A stretch of DNA of 64,000 nucleotides from NCBI GenBank assembly GCA_011526105.1, contig WYAZ01000031.1:131796-195795 (forward strand). Reading direction: 5' to 3'. The translations under genes and the position numbers were made by a program. The notes under the pieces are model-generated. The model was not told the DNA's origin and did not search any database. It saw only the letters and a list, made by a program, of their open reading frames with translations. Below, piece after piece: positions 58,853-64,000 of the stretch. Position 1 is the stretch's first letter. Each line of letters begins with the position of its first letter. This stretch comes from Deltaproteobacteria bacterium (GTDB lineage: Bacteria; Myxococcota; Kuafuiibacteriia; Kuafuiibacteriales; Kuafuiibacteriaceae).

Positions 58853-59844
58853 TGCGCGTCGGACTCACCTACGATCTGAAGGACGACTACAAGAACAGCG
58901 GTCTGTCCGAGGAGGCGCTCGCGGAGCTCGATCGTGAGGAGACGATCGTGGGCATCGAGGGCGCCGTTCAGGCGGCCGGACATGAGACGGTTCGCATCGG
59001 GTCTGCGCCCCGTCTCGTGGAACGCCTCGCGCGAGGCGAGCGCTTCGATCTCGTGTTCAACATCGCCGAGGGTCTGTCGGGGGCCGCACGTGAGAGTCAG
59101 GTCCCCGCGATCCTCGACGTCTATGGCATCCCTTACACGTTCTCGGATCCGTTGGTCCTCGCGGTGGCGCTTCACAAAGGCTTGGCGAAACACGTGGCGC
59201 GCGCGGCCGGCGTACCCACCGCCGACTTTGTGGTCGTCGAGACGCTGGCGGATCTCGAGCGTGTCGACCTCGCGTATCCCTTGTTCGTGAAGCCGGTGGC
59301 GGAAGGCACGAGCAAAGGGGTCACGCCGGCTTCGCTGGTGCGGGATCCATCGGGGCTCCGAGCGAGCACACGCGATCTGCTCGAGAAGTTCCGCCAGCCG
59401 GTGCTGGTCGAGCGCTACCTCTCGGGGCGCGAGTTCACGGTCGGGATCGTCGGCACCGGCGACCAAGCCGAGGTCCTCGGCTCGATCGAAGTGCTGCTGC
59501 TCGCGGGGGCGGAGCAAGGCATCTATTCGTATGAGAACAAGCAGCGCTGGGAGGGAAAGGTCACCTACCGCGTGGGGAACGCTCGTGAAGACGACGAGGT
59601 CCGAAGGGCTGAGTCTGTCGCGCTCGCGGCCTGGAGAGCCCTCGGGTGCAGGGACGCGGGTCGAGTGGACATTCGCTCCGATGATGCCGGCAATCCATGC
59701 TTCATCGAGGTGAACCCGCTCGCCGGGCTGAACCCAGAGATCTCGGATCTCGCGATCTTGATCAAGGAACACGGCATCCCATACGAGGCGCTGATTCGGC
59801 GCATCCTCGAGAGCGCCATCACGAGGTCCCGAGCCGCGTCATGA
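58852..59844 (+). CDS. ATP-grasp ligase, D-alanine--D-alanine ligase-like (1 of 2)
   Basis: 330 aa; Ddl-type N-domain (…EGLSGAARESQVPAILDVYGIPYTFSDPL…), ATP-grasp core (PLFVKPVAEGTSKGV, …EVNPLAGL…). Confidence 0.75.
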   Translation: MRVGLTYDLKDDYKNSGLSEEALAELDREETIVGIEGAVQAAGHETVRIGSAPRLVERLARGERFDLVFNIAEGLSGAARESQVPAILDVYGIPYTFSDPLVLAVALHKGLAKHVARAAGVPTADFVVVETLADLERVDLAYPLFVKPVAEGTSKGVTPASLVRDPSGLRASTRDLLEKFRQPVLVERYLSGREFTVGIVGTGDQAEVLGSIEVLLLAGAEQGIYSYENKQRWEGKVTYRVGNAREDDEVRRAESVALAAWRALGCRDAGRVDIRSDDAGNPCFIEVNPLAGLNPEISDLAILIKEHGIPYEALIRRILESAITRSRAAS

Positions 59845-60815
59845 AGATCCTCGTCGTTCATCAGGCGCTGGCCGATGACGCAGGACCCGATGAAGCCGAC
59901 GTCCTGGTCCAGGTCGAGGCGGTCAGCCAAGCGCTCGTGCGTCTTGGTCACGAAACCTCCGTGCTGCCCGTCTCGATGGACCTCGAGACGGGCCGGCGAG
60001 AGCTGAAGCAGCGAGCCCCAGAACTCATCTTCAACCTCGTCGAGTCGTTGGGCGGCAGCGGGCGGCTGATTCACTTCGCCCCCACGCTCTTCGACGTGCT
60101 CGGCATCCCGTATACGGGCTGCAGCAGCGCCTCGATCTACGAGACCTCGAACAAGATCCTCGCGAAGGAGCGGCTCGAGACCGCCGGCCTTCCGACGCCG
60201 GGCTGGTACGCTCCGGGGAGCGGTCGCTTCGAGCCCGGAGCGTATATCATCAAGTCGGTGGTCGAGCACGCATCCATCGGCCTCCTGGATGACGCGGTGG
60301 TGAACGTGAGTGCGCCCACCGAGTTGGACGAGCTACTCGAAGCGCGCCGAGATCGGCTCGGAGGCTTCGCCTTCGCCGAGCGGTACATCGAGGGTCGGGA
60401 GCTCAACGTCGCCGTCTTGGCGGGCCGAGTTCTTCGCCCCGACGAGATCCTCTTCGTCGACTACCCGCCCGAAAAGCCGCGCATCGTGGGTTACGAGTCG
60501 AAGTGGACACCCGGCAGCTTGGCATACGAGCGCACGGTTGCTCGCGCTGAGTTTCCCCCCGAGGACGGCACGCTGCTCGATCAGCTGAGTTCTCTGGCTC
60601 GGTCGGCATGGGATCTGTTTCGGCTCTCCGGATTCGCCCGCGTAGACTTTCGTGCGGACGAGCTCGGGCGCCCGTTCATCCTCGAGGTGAACGCCAACCC
60701 CTGTATCTCCCCCGACGCCGGGTTCGCTCGCGCGCTCAGCCGCGCCGGCATCAGCTACGACGAAGCGATTCGCACGCTCGTGGACGATGTGGCGGTGGGG
60801 GCGGCTCGAACGTGA
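59841..60815 (+). CDS. ATP-grasp ligase, D-alanine--D-alanine ligase-like (2 of 2)
   Basis: 324 aa; paralogous to previous (…VESLGGSGRLIHFAPTLFDVLGIPYTGCSSASI…, …ILEVNANPCISPDAGF…); ATGA overlap with previous gene. Confidence 0.75.
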   Translation: MKILVVHQALADDAGPDEADVLVQVEAVSQALVRLGHETSVLPVSMDLETGRRELKQRAPELIFNLVESLGGSGRLIHFAPTLFDVLGIPYTGCSSASIYETSNKILAKERLETAGLPTPGWYAPGSGRFEPGAYIIKSVVEHASIGLLDDAVVNVSAPTELDELLEARRDRLGGFAFAERYIEGRELNVAVLAGRVLRPDEILFVDYPPEKPRIVGYESKWTPGSLAYERTVARAEFPPEDGTLLDQLSSLARSAWDLFRLSGFARVDFRADELGRPFILEVNANPCISPDAGFARALSRAGISYDEAIRTLVDDVAVGAART

Positions 60816-61297
60816 ATCCGAGCTTTCGCAGTGAACCGGCGGCGAAGGATGTCGCGGCGGTGAGAGCGGTTGTGGCGTCGACCGGCTTCTTCTCGGAAGA
60901 AGAAGTGCGCATCGCGGAAGAGCTGGTCGAGGTCACGCTCGAGAAGGGCCAAGCGGAAGGGTACCATTTCGTGTTTCTCGAAATGGGTGGAAGCCTCGTG
61001 GGCTACACCGCGTTTGGACCCATCCCCGCGACGCGCTCGAGCTGGGATCTCTACTGGATCGCGGTACACGCAAGTCGCAGAGGCCAAAACCTCGGACGCG
61101 TGCTGCTCGATGAGACCGAGGCGCGCATTCGCGCTGCGGGCGGGACCAGGGTGTACGCGGACACCTCCGGTCGCGCGCAGTACGCTCCCACGCATCGATT
61201 CTATGAGGCGTGCGGATATCATCGTGCGGCCGAGCTCCCGGACTACTACGCGCCCGGGGACGCGAAGCTCACCTACTGCAAGAAGCTCGAGACCTGA
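60812..61297 (+). CDS. GNAT-family N-acetyltransferase (GTG start overlapping previous stop as GTGA)
   Basis: 161 aa; acetyl-CoA-binding motif A region (…IAVHASRRGQNLGRVLLDETEARIRAAGGTRVYADT…). Confidence 0.7.
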   Translation: MNPSFRSEPAAKDVAAVRAVVASTGFFSEEEVRIAEELVEVTLEKGQAEGYHFVFLEMGGSLVGYTAFGPIPATRSSWDLYWIAVHASRRGQNLGRVLLDETEARIRAAGGTRVYADTSGRAQYAPTHRFYEACGYHRAAELPDYYAPGDAKLTYCKKLET

Positions 61298-61357
61298 CCG
61301 ATCTCCTGATTTTCGAAGCGGGCCCACAAACGTTCACGTTCACGTTCACGAGACGAC

Positions 61358-62227
61358 CTAGCGCTCGACCGGGTACGTGTAGTTGGCGCCGTGATCGGAG
61401 TCCCAGGCGGGCCCACCGAACACCGAGCCGCCGTAGGAGGACCCGCGGAACCAGAGCCGCACCGAGTGTGCGTCCTCGGGGACCTTCACCGCCGCCTCGT
61501 AGGGCACGACGTCCAAGTGTTGGCCCATCTCGCCCCGCTGAATCGCGAGCAGCGGCAGCTCGGATGGCGCTTTGCCATCGAAGGAGATGAACGCCTGAAC
61601 GGACCAGGTCGGCGCGCCGTGATGGAAGGTGCCTCGCAGGAACTGCTTGAGCCGATCCACATCGTAGGCGATCCGCATCGTCTCTCCGGCTCGGATGGGA
61701 CCGCTGACGGCTTCGCCCCAGAGATCGTCGAATCGCAGCGTCGCGCCGCCGCGGGGCGCGATGGGCACGCGGGAGTTGGCGCCGAAGTCGCTGTCGTAGA
61801 GGCGTCGGCCATCCTTGGTCTCGATCTCGAACCAGTATTCGACCTCGCCGGACGCGGAGTTCGGCACGGTGAGCTTCGCCGGGATGCGCTGGAGCTGAGC
61901 GGTGTGCAGATCGTGGGTGCCGTCGGCGATGAGCTTGGTCTTCACCGCGCCACCATCCACTCGGTAGTGCGCCCGGATCTTCGAGATCTCGCCGGTGGTG
62001 CCGAGGTCGGAGAGCCCTCTGTGATAACGCAAGTAGAAGGGCTTGCCGGCCTCCGCGATCGCCGGGAAGGGGCCGCCGGTGGTGGTCTCTGGCTGCAGCG
62101 AGACCTCGGTCCAGCGGAACGGGCCGCCGAAGTTCACCGCATGGCTCTCCGCCGGAACGGGCCGAGGTTCGATGCCGACCGAGAAGGGCTGGGGTGCGAC
62201 GGGCCGGGACGAACCGATGGAAGGCAT
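61358..62227 (-). CDS. Hypothetical protein (cytoplasmic, beta-rich)
   Basis: 289 aa ORF with good codon bias; no family recognised. Confidence 0.45.
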   Translation of the reverse strand: MPSIGSSRPVAPQPFSVGIEPRPVPAESHAVNFGGPFRWTEVSLQPETTTGGPFPAIAEAGKPFYLRYHRGLSDLGTTGEISKIRAHYRVDGGAVKTKLIADGTHDLHTAQLQRIPAKLTVPNSASGEVEYWFEIETKDGRRLYDSDFGANSRVPIAPRGGATLRFDDLWGEAVSGPIRAGETMRIAYDVDRLKQFLRGTFHHGAPTWSVQAFISFDGKAPSELPLLAIQRGEMGQHLDVVPYEAAVKVPEDAHSVRLWFRGSSYGGSVFGGPAWDSDHGANYTYPVER

Positions 62228-62320
62228 GGTCTACGGAGATTTTCGGCGAGGGCCCGGCGGAGTTGCGTGTTTCGTCGGTCCGGTTGAAGGCGGCTGCCTG
62301 GCCTGCTAGCGTGCCCCCGC

Positions 62321-62806
62321 ATGATTATCGCACCCAACGCCGTCGTGGCTTTCGACTACACCCTCACCAACTCGGAAGGGGAGCTCTTGGATGAGAGCGA
62401 TGAGGGCCCCATGGTCTACCTCCATGGCCACGGCAACATCGTGCCGGGCCTCGAGCGCGCGCTCCTCGGGAAGTCCGCGGGCGATGCGTTCAAGGTCGAG
62501 ATCGCCCCCGAGGATGGCTACGGCGAGATCAGCGGCCGGGGCACCATCCGCGTAGGCCGCGACGAGGTCCCTCCGGATCTGCCCATCGAGGAGGGCGTCG
62601 GCTTCGCCGCCATGACCCCGGACGGCGAGCAGGTCACGCTGTGGGTCGTCGACTTCGACGACAAGGGCATCGAGATGAGCATGGACCATCCCCTGGCCGG
62701 CGTTGCGCTGCACTTCGATCTGAAAGTGCGGGAAGTGCGGGCCGCCACCGACGAAGAGATCGAACACGGACACGTCCACGATGGCCCTGACCACCATCAC
62801 CACTGA
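62321..62806 (+). CDS. slyD: FKBP-type peptidyl-prolyl cis-trans isomerase SlyD with His-rich C-terminal metal-binding tail
   Basis: 161 aa; FKBP + IF (insert-in-flap) domain pattern, tail HGHVHDGPDHHHH. Confidence 0.8.
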   Translation: MIIAPNAVVAFDYTLTNSEGELLDESDEGPMVYLHGHGNIVPGLERALLGKSAGDAFKVEIAPEDGYGEISGRGTIRVGRDEVPPDLPIEEGVGFAAMTPDGEQVTLWVVDFDDKGIEMSMDHPLAGVALHFDLKVREVRAATDEEIEHGHVHDGPDHHHH

Positions 62807-63257
62807 GCCTCGGCGCCGCGGGCGCTGGTCGCGCTTGCTCCCCGCCGGCTTGGTTCTCGCGCTCGCGCTCTTCTCCGCCACGCCGGCCGAGGCTACGCGC
62901 GTTCGCCTGGGGTTGGGGGCGAACTACTGGTTCGTGGAGGAGGCGGTCTTCGATCTCACCCTCGGCTTCACCGTCCCGATCGTGGATCGACTCTCGGTGG
63001 GGGGGCGCCTCGGGGTGGGCTTCGTCACCGGCGGCAACACGGTCGCCTTGCCGATCGATCTCGTCGTTCGCCTCGGTGTCTCCCGCTTCTACTTCGAAGG
63101 GGTGGCCGGTCCTTGGGTGTTCTTCGAGGGTGATAACCTCGCGGGGCACGCGGCCTTCGGGATGGGTGTTGTCGCGGGCAACTGGTCCTTCGGTGGTGAA
63201 ATCGGCTATCTCGAGCCTCGGGCCATCCTGGGGGCGAAGATCGCCTATGCCTTTTGA
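62781..63257 (+). CDS. Small outer-membrane beta-barrel protein (alternative TTG start at 62835 just after slyD stop)
   Basis: Signal peptide then 8 amphipathic beta-strands, C-terminal ...KIAYAF (terminal Phe). Confidence 0.5.
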   Translation: MALTTITTEPRRRGRWSRLLPAGLVLALALFSATPAEATRVRLGLGANYWFVEEAVFDLTLGFTVPIVDRLSVGGRLGVGFVTGGNTVALPIDLVVRLGVSRFYFEGVAGPWVFFEGDNLAGHAAFGMGVVAGNWSFGGEIGYLEPRAILGAKIAYAF

Positions 63258-63312
63258 GGGTATCAGGGGAGGGGGCTAGCCCGAGACCGGTCACTCGGCG
63301 TAGGAGTAGGGC

Positions 63313-63714
63313 GTGAGTCGCGAGTCGGTGCCCACGCTGCCGCCGGATGCGGAGCCCACAGAGGGCGACTTCGAGGACGATACCGACGTCGACGCGGCGC
63401 TGCGCAAACGCGCCGCCGCCTCGAGTTCGAACGCGAACTCGAGCTACGACGACGAGGACGACACCATCCCCACGCTCCCTCCGGAGGGGGCCGAGCTGCA
63501 GATCAAGCCCAGCGCGAGGTCATGGGCCCCGACCACCACGAAGATCGTGGAGATGAGCGGCGACCTCATCACGCGGCAGGTGGCGGAGGAGTGGCGTGCG
63601 GCGGCGCAGGAAGAGTTCGAGCGCCGCGTGGCCGAGGGGGTGCCGCCGGAGCAAGCGGCGGAAGAGGCCATCGCCAAGTACCTGCCGATCACGCGCGAAC
63701 CCGACACCTTCTGA
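63313..63714 (+). CDS. Acidic hypothetical protein (GTG start)
   Basis: 133 aa, Asp/Glu-rich, no family recognised. Confidence 0.35.
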   Translation: MSRESVPTLPPDAEPTEGDFEDDTDVDAALRKRAAASSSNANSSYDDEDDTIPTLPPEGAELQIKPSARSWAPTTTKIVEMSGDLITRQVAEEWRAAAQEEFERRVAEGVPPEQAAEEAIAKYLPITREPDTF

Positions 63715-63732
63715 GCGGGCGCGGAGGCGGCG

Positions 63733-64000
63733 CTACCGCGCGACCTCGATGGAGATGCGGAGCAGGTGGCGTGCGTTGGTGCCGGGCTGCACCACGATGA
63801 ACGCATCATAGCGCTCTCGGTCTCCATCTTGATGAGGGACGGGGCTTGCTGCACCGATGGCGGTGTAGGAGCTGCCGGGTCGGGAGTAGTCGACCCCCGG
63901 ATACAACGAGGGCAAGTGAATTCGGCGGATCCGCTGCGTGAGGCCGTCCAGCAGCACGAGGGTGCGTGTGTCCGCGCTGTCGAAAGCGATGAATCGGCCT
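63733..64000 (-). CDS. 3' end of a hypothetical gene continuing beyond window end
   Basis: Open frame on minus strand to the window edge (…IAFDSADTRTLVLLDGLTQRIRRIHLPSLYPGVDYSRPG…); stop at 63733. Confidence 0.25.
   Translation of the reverse strand, partial: GRFIAFDSADTRTLVLLDGLTQRIRRIHLPSLYPGVDYSRPGSSYTAIGAASPVPHQDGDRERYDAFIVVQPGTNARHLLRISIEVAR

Noticed and set aside
61328-61350. Short microsatellite CGTTCACGTTCACGTTCACG between GNAT gene and downstream gene
   Set aside because: Only three units; it is more likely chance or part of a terminator or promoter region than a functional repeat.
1-64000. CRISPR arrays, tRNA/rRNA genes, IS elements, integrases, phage genes
   Set aside because: No regularly spaced direct repeats and no T-loop GGTTCGA-type motifs in the intergenic regions of at least 80 bp. 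No transposase, integrase or phage structural homology was seen in any ORF.

Overview
This 64 kb window is very GC-rich and densely coding, with a gene inventory typical of a myxobacterial-type chromosome. Supporting that assignment by inference: a Hanks Ser/Thr kinase, an FHA-sigma54 activator, two FHA-GGDEF proteins, an Oar-like TonB-dependent receptor and many lipoproteins. I support about 58 protein-coding genes and found no rRNA, tRNA, CRISPR array, IS element or prophage.

Recognisable housekeeping genes:
- ackA-pta, with pta truncated at the window start
- folE and ribA, divergently arranged
- lon
- astB
- icmF, the fused isobutyryl-CoA mutase
- an Nramp-family transporter
- RNase Z
- slyD

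Accessory modules worth a second look:
1. A translationally coupled operon of lysine 2,3-aminomutase (KamA), two D-Ala-D-Ala-ligase-like ATP-grasp enzymes and a GNAT acetyltransferase. This is a candidate biosynthetic system for an uncharacterised N-acylated beta-amino-acid (beta-lysine) peptide, extending the known ablA/ablB N-epsilon-acetyl-beta-lysine pair.
2. A secreted lipoprotein with two PKD domains fused to a genuine eukaryote-type protein-arginine deiminase (PAD) catalytic domain, coupled to a secreted HEAT-repeat protein.
3. A TGATG-coupled pair: a parallel beta-helix lipoprotein and a di-haem (2x CxxCH) c-type cytochrome lipoprotein.
4. A complete auxiliary TonB energiser (DUF3450-like, TtpC-like, ExbB, ExbD, TonB, TPR) followed by an Oar-like TonB-dependent receptor and a lipoprotein.
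5. A tight six-gene periplasmic redox operon: DsbA-like oxidoreductase, secreted protein, cytochrome c, Cys-rich small protein, GlcD-like FAD oxidase, Lon-N protein.
6. An inverted pair of paralogous FHA-GGDEF genes (one GGEEF, one degenerate AGDEF) flanking a rhomboid-TPR protease, with a 161-bp structured inverted-repeat element (MITE/REP-like) between two of them.
7. A co-directional Ser/Thr kinase, SAM methyltransferase and CPBP/Abi protease block.

Several start sites were re-placed from the ORF track on the basis of signal peptides and lipoboxes, TGATG/ATGA coupling and neighbouring-gene collisions.
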